From: Gracilinanus agilis
Lineage: Eukaryota
Assembly: GCF_016433145.1 (NCBI RefSeq)
Contig: NC_058133.1
Coordinates: 194,163,422 to 194,227,421 of the forward strand
Length of the DNA stretch: 64,000 bases
Reading direction: 5' to 3'
Positions 1-13,500 of the stretch are shown one piece after another. The stretch's first letter is position 1. The number at the start of each line of letters is the position of its first letter. The translations under genes and the position numbers were made by a program. Under the pieces are notes generated by a model. It saw only the letters and a program-made list of their open reading frames with translations. It made no database searches and had not been told where the DNA came from.

Positions 1-664
1 ACCCAGCTGCCCCACTTAGTTTACTTTTAATGTAATCAATTAGCAACCTTTAATTTAATCAAATCAAGAACTTAAAGTACCCCTACTTAGCACTTGGCTA
101 ACCATTAAGTAAGAGAGTTCACAAGTCACTTACTAGAGGAAGCTCACACCAGTAAAGGTCACTGCCCCTCCATCACTCCCTCTCCCAGTGCTAGGCAAAT
201 TGGGAAGCTGTGATTAGTTCCCGTGAAGTGGGGGAGTGACAGGAAGTGACATTGAGAAAACTGCTTAAAAAAGGCCAGTCTGAGGATTCTTTCATTCAGC
301 ACTGATGAGCCAGGCTGAAGGGAGACTCTTGGAGGCTGGAGCGTTCTGCACTGGAGAGGTTTGCTGAGTGAGTGAAGAAGCTTGTGTTGGTGGATTTCTG
401 GCTGAAGACACCACCAGGCCTTCCACGTGGAGATTGAGATTTGAGGGAGCTCTTGCGGGGGACTGAGCCAGCCTTCACCAGATCAGCACTTGGGCCGGAG
501 GGCCAGACAATTCTCTACCTCCTTCCTCTATTTCCCACTTTAATATCTCTACTTTGTTGTAAGTAAAAGCTGCTAATAGTTTTTCTGACTTAAGGGTTCA
601 TATTTTATAAATGGCCACCACAATAACTCTCATATTTAGGCAAACCTAATTTAAATCTTATACA
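1..664 (+). mobile_element. LTR-like element, 5' truncated by the window edge
   Basis: ends ...cttataca; AGTAAA signal near 561; tggccaccac motif similar to the LTRs at 26.9 and 29.1 kb. Confidence 0.5.
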
Positions 665-756
665 CTGGAATAGGAAACTCTGAATGAAAAAGCCTCTACC
701 AATATAGATGAGCATCTCGACACTTGTTTGGCAACTTATGGTCCTAGACTGGGCTA

Positions 757-985
757 GCACTCTGGGTAGAAAGATGAATTTGGAGTCAAAGAAGACCTGT
801 GTTCAAATTCTGTCTTAAACACTTCCTTGCCATGTGCCCCATAGCAAATCATTTAATTTTAGCCTCAGTTTCCTTATCTGTCAAACAGAGAAAATAATAG
901 CACATAATGCTCACGGGCTTGTTGTGAGGAACAATGGAGAAGATACATGTAAAGTGTTTTGCAAATCTCAAGGTACTAGAGAAAT
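757..985 (+). mobile_element. MIR-family SINE
   Basis: core cctcagtttccttatctgtcaaa; MIR-type tail. Confidence 0.75.
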
Positions 986-1161
986 ATTTGCTGAAACGCC
1001 AGACTTGGTGTCAGGAAGCTCTGAATTCTAATCTTGCTTCAGACACTAGTTGTGTGACCTTGGACAAGTTATTTTGCCTCTCCGTCTCTCAGTTTTTTGT
1101 ATAATGAGCAAGTTGGGCTTGGCCTCTAAGATCACTTTTTAGTTTTAAATCTATGGACCTT

Positions 1162-1356
1162 GGGGCAGCTGGGTAACTCAGTGGACTGAGAGTCAGGCCT
1201 AGAGATGGGAGGTCGTAGGTTCAAATCCGGCCTCAGACACTTCCGAGCTGTGTGACCCTGGGCAAGTCACTTGACCCCCATTGCCCACCCTTACCACTCT
1301 TCTACCTAGGAGCCAATACACACAGAAGTTAAGGGTTTAAAAAACAAAACAAAAAA
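1162..1356 (+). mobile_element. SINE1_Mdo-like tRNA-derived SINE
   Basis: ggggcagctggg head, B box ggttcaaatcc, A-rich tail, 15-bp TSD taaatc/ttatggacct (1146-1160, 1358-1372). Confidence 0.9.
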
Positions 1357-1619
1357 CTAAATTTATGGACCTGAGGGTCACTGAGAAGTTAAAGGTCTTG
1401 CTGAGATCTTTGAATTCAGGTCTTCCAGACTCGGAGGTGGTATCTCTATCATGTTGCCTCAGACTAATAACTTTTATGATGTCTTCTAGCCTCAAATGCT
1501 ACAATCTTTGCCATGGAGGGTTATTAACCTAAAAGCTGGACCAGAAGTGCATTTGGTATGAGACCAGGAGGCTCAGTTTGCCCTATATTCATTTTCCCTT
1601 TGTTCCTTTCCCCTTATTT

Positions 1620-2060
1620 TTTTAAACCTTTACTTGATGTACTACTAACAACTTTAAGTCAGAAAAACAAGAGCTAAAAAATGGGGTTAAGTGACTTGTC
1701 CAAGGTCACATAGCTAGGAAGAGTCTGAGGCCAGATTTGAACTAGGTTCTCCCGACTCCAGACCTGGCTCTCTATTTACTGTGCCACCTAGCCGCCCCTC
1801 TTTTTGGTTATTGTCCATTTCAGTCCAGCTCTTTGTGACTCCATTTGGAGGTTTGTTGGTTTGTTTGTTTTTTGGCAAAGATCCTAGAGTGGTTTGCCAT
1901 TTCCTTCTCCAGCTTGTTTGACAGATGAGGAAACTGAGGCAAACAGAGTTAAGGGACTCATCCAGAGTCATACAGCTAGTGGGTGACTGAAGCTGGATTT
2001 GAATTCAGGTCTCTCTATCTCCAGGTCAGGCACTCTACCCACTGTGCCACCTAGCTGTCC
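1620..2060 (-). mobile_element. Adjacent marsupial SINEs (SINE1-like and MIR/Mar-like)
   Basis: reverse-oriented heads ending ...cctagccgcccc and ...cctagctgtcc; gaggaaactgagg core. Confidence 0.75.
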
Positions 2061-2116
2061 CTATCTCCCCAAGTCTCCTCTCCCCTATTATTTCCTTAGC
2101 ACAGTAATCCTCTTCA

Positions 2117-2138
2117 CACACACACACACACACACACA
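2117..2138. repeat. (CA)n microsatellite
   Basis: direct. Confidence 0.9.
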
Positions 2139-5100
2139 GCCTATGACTACCAGGTCTGAATGGAAGCCTCAGTCTAGCCCTTACCACTCCTAAGTCTCCC
2201 TAAGTGCTCTTCTCAGGGCACCATGTAAGCTTGAATCGCTTGAATAATGAATTAAGACCATTTTCCCTCCAAGCAGGATAGGGAGGGTCAATACTCAGGA
2301 GAAAGCAACCCTCCTGATCTAGCTTTAGCCCCCTCCGTTCACAGCATCTCCTCCTATTCTCTGTCCAGCCTCCAGAGCCCCCGCTTTCCAAAAAACAAAC
2401 CCCCCAAAACAGGAGACAGACTGTCATCCTGACATTCTCGCCTCTCTACTCACTACAACCCTAGATCCAATGGATTTTTTTCTTCCCCACCCCCCAAAAA
2501 AAGAATCCCAAGGCTGTTACCACGGCAGCAGGTGCCTGGTGGGTGGGTTGAGGAAAGGGTGGGGGGATGAAAGGATACAGAAGACTTTAGGGACAGATCA
2601 GGGCCAGGTGGGGGTAGTTAGCTGCCACTCTCACAGGACCTTTCCATCTCCCTTATACCTCAAGTCTCTTATCCAAATTTCTGTTTTCTCAGCATCCACA
2701 GTCTTTAGGCCTGTGTCTGGTCTGCCTGCAATGGAGAAAGGGATCGAGGGTATTTTCCTGGACAACTGAATTTTTTTTGAAACTGGGAAACATGAGGGTA
2801 TCCCCCATTCCTTTCCTATGTACCCTTCTTTGCCTTGAGGGGCTAAAAGTCCTAGACGAGGGGCAAGGGAGCCAGGAAGCATCCTTCCTCTTGCAGGGTG
2901 CCAAAGAAAAAGAGAATAGTTCACCTGAAGGCAAACACAGACACATGTGGAGGCAGGCAGCCTTAGGAAACAGAGCCCAGTATCCATCTCTGTGCCAGTT
3001 ACTTCAGGCTCTAGGAAGCTGGTGGTGAGGCGGGGGCCCATGGCTTGGCTCCTTGTCCCTTCTACCAGCCCCTGGGGACTTGGCTGCCCCAGATGCCGGG
3101 AGCTGGGAAGTGTGTCAGAGACTTGCGTAAGCTCCCTTCATATTTCCATAAAGTCATAATTACCGATGGCTGCTATGGCAGATAGCTCATTAGACTGGTG
3201 TCTGCCTCCAGGGGCCCAGGGGCACAAGTCCTGCCCTTGTTGGAGGAGAAGCTGAGCCATGGTCTGGTTTCTTGGCCAACCCCACTGTCTTCCACCCATA
3301 GGCACTGCCCCCACTTTGTGACCCCATTTGGGTAGAATTGCTGACTACCACTGCCCTCCTTCCCAGCACAGAGACCAAGAAAATTAGGAAAAATGAACTA
3401 CTCAACCCCCCTCCCACAGGATCTCCAAATTTCATGGCTGGGGACACCGAAGTAGAAGTGAGTCAGTTATTCCAGTCTAGGAATTTTAAGCCTGTTCAGA
3501 AGGGGTCAGAGACACTAGGGAGAAGGTAAAGGGACTCAAAGTCTTCTCAGTTGAACCTACAATACATTAGGTTTTGCTAAGGGATGAAGAGATCCAGATT
3601 GAAGGTTATTTCATCCATCCCCCTACCACATCCAAATCAACCTGTTTCTTCTCCCTTAGTTCTCTCCCAAAAGGAAACATCTGATATAATTCGGGCTTGT
3701 TCCTAGACCCCTCAGTGGTGGTCAAGGGAGCAATCCATCTTGCAGTTTAACTGTTATCCATCTTATTGCTGTGCTATCTCTCACCCTTCCCCTCTTTTCC
3801 TCCCTAAATGAACTCTCTCTCTCTCCTCCTACAAATCATTTCAGTTCTCAGTAGGAGTGGATGGTCCAACCTTATCTGAATCTGGGCTCTGATTTTCCAG
3901 TAGTGCCTCCCTCAGCCTTCTCTAGGAGTAGACACCCCAAATCCACTCCCTTTCTTGTCTGGGGTCTGGAAGCATTCAAAAGCCAAATGACATGAAAGCA
4001 AGAGGCCCGAGTTCATAGCCTGGTCCCAATACTTGTTAGATTTGAGACCTGGTAATCCCTTTTTTGGCTGGTTTCTCGTCTACAAAACGGAGGTATTTCA
4101 TGCCCCTACCTGATAGGGGTGTTGTGGGGAAAGCCCCCTGTTGACCTGAAAGCACTCCTTGGAAAATGTGAGCTGTTATCTTTATTAACAGGGTCAGACA
4201 CAAGATTGGGGAGTGGCCTGTCATTAGGCAGTAGCAGCACGGGCCATGACTCAGACACTATTAAAGAAAGACTATTCTGGTCAGGAGCAGGGATGCTTCA
4301 GGAAGTCATCCAATTCCCAAAGGACCTCCAGAGGTCATATCCTCCAACCCCCTACCTCAGCTAAAAAGGATACCTGGGGTCCAAGTGGGACTTGTTTTTA
4401 GAAGTCTCCAGAGCTAGAAATTTCCCAGCTTCCCCCTTGACCATCTGCCCTACCATTTATTTCATTCTGAGTTCAGCACAAAAAATTTTTTAAGTTCAGC
4501 ATAAAATCTAACTAGAATCTCTGGGTGCCTGAGAACCCCAATTTCTCCTTTCTTAGCCACCATTCCCACTGATAGTCTAAGAGAATGTGGGATCCTTATC
4601 CCCACCCCAAAGAAATAGGAGGGAGAAGTAAGCAATTTTTTAGAAGGAAAAAAATGATTTAATAGAGCAATTGGGTAGTCCCTAACAAGAATGCTATAAT
4701 ACCTTCCCAGCTGAACACCAAACCCAGGACCACAACCTCCCCCCCCCCCATTTCCCCTGTGTCTCGATCAGGGTCTTGCCCCAAGCAGGAAGAGAACACA
4801 AACAACCCTTCCTAGGAGTGCTCAAGTATCTGTAATTCTGGGACTGCAGAGGGGAAGACTGATCTGGACAGGACAAAACAATCTGGAGATGTGGGGAGAT
4901 GGATTGATTTTTGAGGATAACTGGCTTGAGGGCTGGGCTCAGGATAGGTTCTGTTACCCACTCTGCCGAAAATCTCTCCGAGGACCAGAGGAGGAGGATA
5001 GAGGCTTCTGGATGAGGGGAGGGGGTGGTCCAGAGCCAAAAATCTTGTTTGCCCTTGTTCTACTTCCACAGCTTGCAAATAAATCTCCTGCCCTGGGACT

Positions 5101-6854
5101 TGATAACCTGAGTGGGCTGGTAGGGGAAGCAATGAGATCATCATGGGTTGGACAGTAGAGGTAGGGGGATGGCGAAGAAAGGCTGATAGTGGGAGGGGAA
5201 ATTGAGCCTCCAGTAATCTCATTACTGCATTCTCCCCAGATGCCATGTGAGGATAAATAAAGCCCCCCTTCTCCCCCCACCTAATCCGGTGCATCACATC
5301 AGACAACAGGGGAGCCATGGTGAGAGCAATGAAATACATCCTGCCTAGGGTCCTCTGTTCACCCAAAGGAGGGAGGAGATCCTCCTTACACCCCACCCAG
5401 AGAAACACCTGAATGAGGAACAAAGCAATAGAGAGAGGTGCCCCCTCAAGATTCCCCCTTCTCAAGATAACAGTGGAAGGGGAAACTGTGAGGGGAGGAT
5501 TTGAGGAAACCGGCCTCTAGACTAATGACGGTCACAGGGAATGTGGAGAGAGACGTCAGGAGACTCCATAAGAGGGATGCCAGGAGAGTGAAATGTTTTC
5601 ATTGCTGCCCAGCTTCCTCCTCCCAGCCTAGCCTTCCCCTGTCCTTAATTAAGACAACTCCAAGAAGGTCTTTGGTTGGGTGAGGTTTTTCAGATGGGTT
5701 TGGGGACCCTGAGAACAGAGGGAATGTCTCATTCGACTGCTGAGGCCCAAGGGGGCATCGTGAGTCTCAATATCACGAAATGACAATCTGGACAGAAACC
5801 CAGATTCACCAGACGTTAGACTGGCATGGCTTCTTGCTGGCCAAGTCTGCTTGTCTCTGGCCTTTTCTCAGGGAAAGCTTTGACTGAACTTCTTGTCTAA
5901 TCCAGGAGTAGGTAAGGGTGAGGTGGGGTCTCTCTTGATTTTGAGATGAGACAGCCTCATCCTTAGGCACTATTCCCTACCTTCAAACAACTCCTTCCCC
6001 TCACTATAGGGAAGTCCTTCCTTCAGTCTAACCCTCATCTCTCCTGCTGCTTATCCAACTCGTTTTTACCTCCTATCTATCCTCAGTCTCTCAGATCCAT
6101 GCAGAGTAGCTTGGAAGCCCCTACTCTCTCCCCAACCCTTCCCTTTTTTTCCTTGAGGGTCCCTCCAAATCCCCTCCCACCTTTTCTGATCCTTTCTGGC
6201 CCCACCTACCCTAGTTCCCCCCCCCCACCCCCGTCAGAACGGCAGCCAATGGCTATTTACCTGATTTGCATAGCGGAGCGGGGGAGCAGGGAAAAGAAGG
6301 GGGTGGGGCCAAGCGACCTCTTAAATCAAAGTTGGGAGGCGAGGACTGGGCAGAGGGGATGCCAAGTGCCCAGGCAGGGGCTGGGGGAGGGGGGTGGGGG
6401 GCGGGCTCAGAGGACTGTGGGGCCCGACTGGACACAGCCCTGAGCTCTCTCCCTCCATCCCTCCATCCCTGCATTCCTCCTTCCCTCTCTCTTCTGCACA
6501 ACATCCTCTGCAAACCCTCAGTGCCTGGGGGGTCCTCTCTCCCCAATCTGCCTTTAATTACTCATTCATTTAATTGTCTTCCTCCTAGCGGGGCAGCCCC
6601 AGAACTTTCTCTTCCTGCGGAGCAAATTCGGGTATTTGCTCGGCATTTTTAAGGGGGAAGGGGAAGGAGGGTTCCTCTTGGTTTGCTTTTTGGGGGGGAT
6701 CAGGTTCGAGAGCTTGGGAGGAAGGGAGTAGAGGACCCCAGTAAGAATCTCTCCTCCTGGCCTCGCTCGCAACTAAGCCGGCCCTCCTGCCCAGCCTTTG
6801 CCCCCCACCTCCGATATCCCCTTCACGCAGCGCCCAAGCTGCGGGACCACGACC

Positions 6855-6944
6855 ATGACCGAAATGAGCGAGAAGGAGAACGAACCCGAGGACGCTGCCA
6901 CTCTCCCCTCCCCTGGGACTGTTTCCACCCTCCAGGAAACCAAG
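6855..6944 (+). CDS. STAC2: STAC2 exon 1 ([30 protein letters not shown])
   Basis: ATG in gaccATGa; donor AAG|gtaatt, phase 0; CpG-rich context. Confidence 0.96.
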
Positions 6945-7465
6945 GTAATTTGGGGAGGGGTCGCGATTTCCTCCCTTCTCTTCCCGTTCCTTCTTTCCCG
7001 CCCTGCAGCTTTCCCCTCCTCGGCCCGCGGCTGCCGCTTCTGTCCTACCCTCTCCTTGACCCGGGCTTGTTTTGTCCCCGCACTGTCGCGACATAGCAGA
7101 TACACCGCGGCCAGGGTCAAGATGGGGTAGTGATAACTCGCCCCCTCTCCCACCACCACCAGCCCCAGCACCACAGGGCGGGCGCTGTCCAGCATTATCT
7201 GAGAACCTCTCAGCCTCTAGAGAAGACCAGGCTAGGAGAGGAGGGAGTAACTGACCACACGCTCACGCGCACGCACACACACACACACACACACACTCAC
7301 ACCACACCACACCACATACCACATGTGCGCACACTATGCACAAACATACATAGAGACTGAGACCCTGGCGGCGGGTCAGCTCTATCCCGTCTCTCCCGGG
7401 GGAAGGTAGTAACTCCCCTTTGTTGGAGGGAATCAATGCGGAGCCCGAGGAGGAGCTGTGAGATG

Positions 7466-7517
<52 letters not shown>

Positions 7518-10500
7518 GCGCGCGCGCGCGCCTGTATCTGTGTGTGTTTTACGCAGGTGTGTGTTTCCTAGGGATATGAGTCTCGGTGTGTAGCGCTGGC
7601 TCGTTTTGAGTGTGTGGGGGCCCTGGGGTCGCTGACTCGTCTATGCCTTTCCTCTCTGCGTCTCTCTTGGTGTCTCTCGATCTCTCCGTCTCTGTCCAGC
7701 TGCAGTCTCGGGGGAGCCGCGCGCCCAGGAGAGGAGGGCTGCAGAGGGGTGGGGTGGGGGAGGAGGTCCTAGGGTCGGGTCCTCCTGGCTGAAGGTTTCT
7801 CTCCTCTTGGGGGGGTGGGAAGAGGAGCAGGAAGAAAGAAGTAGAGTAGTTCCACTAGCTGTCACTCCCTCCTATCTCCCCTTTCCCACCAAGTATGGGG
7901 GAAGGGGGAAGGAAAGGATTGAGACAGAAAAGCCATCGTAATTAATGTCATAATTAACCCTAATTATTCATGATTATTACTCACGGGAATAACAAGTCAA
8001 TTGAACAATGAATGAGTTATCCCCCAGTGAAGGAGGGCGGGGTCCTCGGAAGCATTAGACCTGGGTAGGGAGGGAGCTTCACGTAGAAGAGCTCCGGCCC
8101 AGATCGCGCGAAAATTTAGCCGCAGGAATTCCCTGCTAGCATTTGGATAGAAACCCCTGACTGGGTAAGCGAAATGGGTACGCACGGGTTAAGAGACCAC
8201 TCCCCTCGGGCCAATAAGCCTCCATTCTCTTAAACCTGGTGGAAAAGCCTGACCTCCCATCTTTGGGTCCTCCAGCTTCTCTATTCGTGTCTATTGGGAA
8301 TATTTATTGGGGGGGGGGGCAGAGGAAGTATTGGAAAGGGCCAGCGTTGGGGGGGAGTGTGCCTCATATTTCTGGTCTCCTCTCTGGTTCTGAAGTTCAC
8401 CTCGAGGATCTGGTGGCCTAAATCCTTCCCTGGACATCTTATCTCCCATCCTCACCCCCATATATACACCTTTCCTTAGGCACAAGAGGTTAATTCAAGG
8501 TCAAAGTCAACCAGTGCTAAGTGCATTCAAGGAAGGCAGGCAATGTCAGTTGTCTGAGAATAAAGATCATGCATGCCCCGGGGGACCAGGGCCATCCTAG
8601 AAGATGGAGTTTGTGGGACCCAAATGTCCAGACCTCCTGGCTCTTAGGGCCCTCGATTCCCTTTGACCTGCTTACCCACCTCCATGGGAGGGGATTGGTA
8701 ACTCCCACCAAGGGTTAACTCAGCCTAGGAAGAGATAAGTGTCTCATAGTTAAGGAATGCTGGGGAGGGGTCCAATTGTGCCATTGGAATCTATTCGAGA
8801 GCCTCTTAGAGCTAGAGGGAATAAAACTGGGGAGGAGATGGGGGCCATAACTCCAATCGGAGATAGCAAACCAAGGTACCAACCCCCTCCCTATCTCTCT
8901 TACCCTCCTCCCTTATCATCTGGGAAGACACCTCTCTTCACAGGTCTTTGGTCTCCCCAGACCTCAAAGTACTTAACAGTGGAACTCATCCAGTCCCAGC
9001 CATCTTCCTCCCTCTAGAACCTGTCTCTCCACTTTCTCCTTTCTCTCAGCAGTTCTGGGGCTGGGGTGGGCAGGGTTGCTCCTGCGGTATCAATGCCATC
9101 TCAGCAAGTTGGCCATCCTGCAAGCTCAGCTTAGGGGGAGGGGAGGGAGAGCAGTCAGCCGATTCAGGCTGCTGTCTTTCCCTCCTTCCCCCCATTCTGA
9201 GGACCCCTTCTGAAAAATCTAGCTCAGAGACAGGGAGAAGAAGGGATGGAGGTCTGGTCTGAGCATCGTCCCCTTCCCCAATCCTGCCTGGGAGGCTACC
9301 TGATCCACTAGACCCTTGTATAAGATCCTAAAAACAAGGCAACCATGCAATAGCAAACAGCCATGGGGAGATCATGGAGGAGCATCACCACTCCTCCCCT
9401 CTCTGTGACTGCCCAAGATAAATGCCCCTTCCCCTTTAGTGGAAGTGGGCAATGAGGATGGAGAAAATGTAGTGTATATGCCCTGACCTAGTATCGGGAG
9501 AGTGGGAGATTCCTTGAGATATAGCCACAGAAAGTTCCTTCATCCCCCTAGGAAGAGAGGGTCTGGTTGCTGCCCACAACACTCTTCCTTCGTGTCTGCT
9601 ACTTGGAGCTGGGCAGGTACAACAGAGGGGGCTGAGCAACTGGCAGACACTGATGCCAGGATTTCAGATCCTATTTTTCATCAGTTCATGGCCCACATAG
9701 GTAGAAAGTACCAACTGTGGCATCTTCTCCCTGCCCTTCTACCCCGTATACCCACTGGATCGACCTAACCCAGGATGACTTCCCTCCCACTCCATCTGCA
9801 CTGCTGACCTGTCCACTCGGCCCTGGGTGGTGAGTTTCAGCTATGATTCCTCTTCTTGTCCTCACTCCCAGACCCAAGCAGCTGAAAAAGGAACTTGCTT
9901 CCAACATGGGACATCCCCACCCCCTCAGCCCACCAGCCTTCGACTCCATCCTCCCCAGGGAAAGGGGACCCTTCTATGCCAGCACCACCATCTGAGTCAG
10001 CTGGCACCGGTGCCCACTGCCGCCTACCCAGCAGCTGCTGCATGCCCTTTCAGGAACTGGGGGAAAGGGAGGAGCGACTCAGATGGGGAAAGGAAGAGAT
10101 GGACAGGGAGATATGATAAGGGAGAGAGGTGGAAAAAACCCTGTACTGAGAGTCAGCAAGCCTAGGTTTTAAGAGGAGCCCTGCCACTAACTAGCTGGGT
10201 GATTTGGGGTAATAATAAAAACAACAACAATAATAAATGTAGCACTCAAAGGTTTGTTATTATATTGATTATGTCATTGATCCACTTTTCCATAATGGGC
10301 TTCAGTTTCCTCCTCTGGAAAACAAGAGGGTTAGCCTAGATGATCTCTATTGTTCCTAGAAGGAAGCCTAGGGGCAGCTAGGTGGCTCTTGGATAAAGAG
10401 CCAGGCCTGGAGACTGAAGGTCCTGGATTCAAATCTAGCCTCAGACATTTCCTACCTATCTGACCCTGGGCAAGTCACTTAATATCAATTGCCTGGCCCT

Positions 10501-13500
10501 TACCTCTCTTCTGCATTAGAATGGACGCTTAGTATTGATTCTAGAATGAAAGGTAAGGGTTTAAAAAAAAAGCAGTGTAGGATAGTAGGAAGAGCTTCTG
10601 GCATTGAAGTTGAGTGCCTAATTCAAACTCTCCCTTTAACTACCTTGTAAGACCTTGCCCAATTCAATTAATCCCTCTGGACCTCAGATATCTGTAAAAA
10701 GGAATTGGACTACATGGCATCCATGGTTCCATCAGTCTGAAGGCTTTTACTCCTGCCAAGTCTTACATTTTAGGCTAAGCCCTCACCATTTATGTCCTAA
10801 GGTCAGTTCCAGCCCTGACAATTTATACTGTTCATGACCTGGAAGGGTGATGTGGGTGGGCAGAAGAAGGAAGCCAACTATTTTCAGTCCTCTGGTCACT
10901 TGGCTAGAAGGAGCCAGAGAAATACCTAAAAGGTTCCAAGATACCCAATAGTCTGCCAGCTACTTCAAAGTGGCATCTCCCCCATGCCAGGGAGCAGTTC
11001 CAAGAGGCATAGGGGGACAGAAGAGAGCTTTGACCTTCCTTTTGCCTTTTGGCTACCCACTACTCAAACCTTCTGATCTTCCTCCACGTTGAAAGGAAAA
11101 AAGAGGAGAAAAGTACTTCTATGGCAATAGGGATGTGGTGAGTCACATCTAGGCATGTTGTTCCCATCCAAGCTGGACTGAGAAGACAGGTCTTAGTTTG
11201 GAACCCAGAAAAGTGCCTGCTGTGGGCAGTGGGACCAGCCATTTCTGGAGCAATCAGGCACTACTCCAGCTGGCAGAGAAGCTGCTGCCTGCCCTCTAGC
11301 ACCTCCATTCTGCATTGGATTGCCACTAGCTCCTCTCCTGAGGGCACAAGTTGTCTCCCCATCTCAATGGTTCCCCTTCCTGCCCTCCTGGGAGTGAATG
11401 CCAGAGATCCAGAATTGGGACAGCCCCTTCACACAAGCTCTGGGGGGACATTTTGTTCAGAAAACTTCCCTCCAGGGACCAGGAGGAAACAATTTCTGGC
11501 AGGGTTGTTCCAGGGGCACCAGTGATTTGGCATTGGCCATGCCAGGGTGAGGAGTGACAAGTCACTCTCTTCCTCTTTGCCCCCAGGGCTTGGTCTGACA
11601 GGCAGGATATATGGCACAGCTCCAGGATAGGTCAGAACAATTCTGGTCACAGAGATGGGATACCTCACTCCCTCCAAAAAATTCCAGGGCATGAGGAAGA
11701 GGGACTCTTTAAACATCCCTGGGTGTCCCATCAGAGATGGTCCTAGGGCTTAAGAAATAATTATTCTGCTCATCCCCAAATGACATTGTTCACATTCTCT
11801 GGAGATGACTCTACATACTGTCACTACCCTATCCCATCTCCCCCAGGGACCTCGGGGCACCAGACTTTATTATCTGCCCTATCTGGAACCTGCAAAGGCA
11901 GAGACCAACAATGCTATCCAGGAAGCCATGGTTTGGAAAATGGTTCAGTGATGCCAACTTCTGGGAAAGCCAGACATCCTGTAAAGCTCAGACTTCATGG
12001 TTGGCAGACCTGATGCTGTTGTGTACATCCCCCCAGGCTCCCACCTTGTCCTCCCAGAGGATAGGGTGGCAGAAGTTGTGTCTGTGTTCTCTGAACCAGC
12101 AGCTGCATCCACTCCTCCCCTGGCAAGGCTAGGAGGTTGGCAGCTGTGGCGCCTTATGCTGTCCAGCTCATCATCTAGGAGCTTTGGTCAACAGTGACAC
12201 AGACTTTGTACCCATATCTTCAGTCTTCTGCCTCCCTCCCCATGGTCTATCTGGGCAGGTTGAACCAGGCAGAACATTGCCAAGAATGGGACCATGAGAT
12301 GGATATAAGGCAGTGAGGGGTCCTGGGTTTGACTCAGTGAGTGGAAAGGAAAGTACAAGACAAGTTTCTGGGATTGATGCTGGTAGTGAGGAGCGTTCGG
12401 ATTTGTGAACATAGAAAATCAACTGAATTTAGAATATCAGGACCTGATCTAGAAACTGCCTGCTTCCTCTCCCTTATAACTTCATCAGCTCTAGAATTCC
12501 AAGTCCAATTCTGAGCCCCAACACTGATTTGTTCAGTCATTTCAATTGCATTCAACGCTTTATGACCCCATTTGGGGTCTTTTTAGCCAAGATCCTGGAG
12601 TGGTTTGCCATTTCTTTCTCCAGGTCATTTTAGAGATGAGGAAACTGAAACAAACAAGGTTAAATGATGTGCCCAGGATCACACAGCTAGTAAATCTCTG
12701 AGACAAGTTTTAAACTCAGGTCTTCCTGACACCAGGCCAGGCACTCTACCCATGGCACCACTTAGCCTTCCTCTGACATTGATTGGGATTACCAATTTGG
12801 GCTTCTGTTTGTGGGGGTGCTGCTAGACATAATCAGAGCCTCCCCTCCTATGGACTCTGGTCCTCTCTATGAACATGACCTCCTCTCTTTCAGCTTCAAC
12901 GTTTCAAGCGTTCCCTATCCCTCAAGACCATCCTTCGAAGCAAGAGTGTGGAAAATTTTTTTCTTCGCTCAGGCACTGAGCTCAAGTGCCCAACGGAAGT
13001 GCTGCTGACCCCCCCAACCCCATTGCCACCTCCCTCACCCCCACCTGTATCCACTGATCCAGGCCTTCCCAACTCTGCCCGATCCCCTTGTCCAGTCCAG
13101 CGTCCTTTGGCACCTCTCAAGCCCCTGAGGACCCACAGCTTCCAAGAGCATGTCTTCAAACGTGCCAGCCCCTGTGAACTCTGCCACCAGGTTATTGTGG
13201 GTAGGTGCCTAGCCATTGAGATGGGAATAGGTGGGAGTGCCAAGGTGGCATGGGGGGAAGATACACAGCGTGGATCTGCCTGTTTCCCCTTCCTCCCTGG
13301 CCCTCCAATGCTGACATGGCTTTTATGGGACATCAGGTGGGGAGTTCTTTTCCTATCTCACACAGCTATCTTCTATAACGTCAACATACCCTAAGTATAT
13401 TTTGATTTGTCCTGTCCCTCTGGGAAGACAGACATGAACAGAAACTGCCTTGNNNNNNNNNNNNNNNNNNNNNNNNNNNNNNNNNNNNNNNNNNNNNNNN

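Larger units (their letters stand above)
6240..7560 (+). promoter_or_regulatory. STAC2 promoter / CpG-rich region
   Basis: CCAAT 6246-6250, octamer ATTTGCAT 6264-6271, G-run tract 6377-6405, high CpG density around exon 1. Confidence 0.75.

Noticed and set aside
1162-1240. SINE heads as tRNA genes
   Set aside because: A/B boxes are present, but there is no cloverleaf and they continue into the SINE body and A tail
4812-5465. 217-aa minus-strand ORF upstream of STAC2
   Set aside because: No recognisable domain or splice context; typical chance ORF in GC-rich DNA
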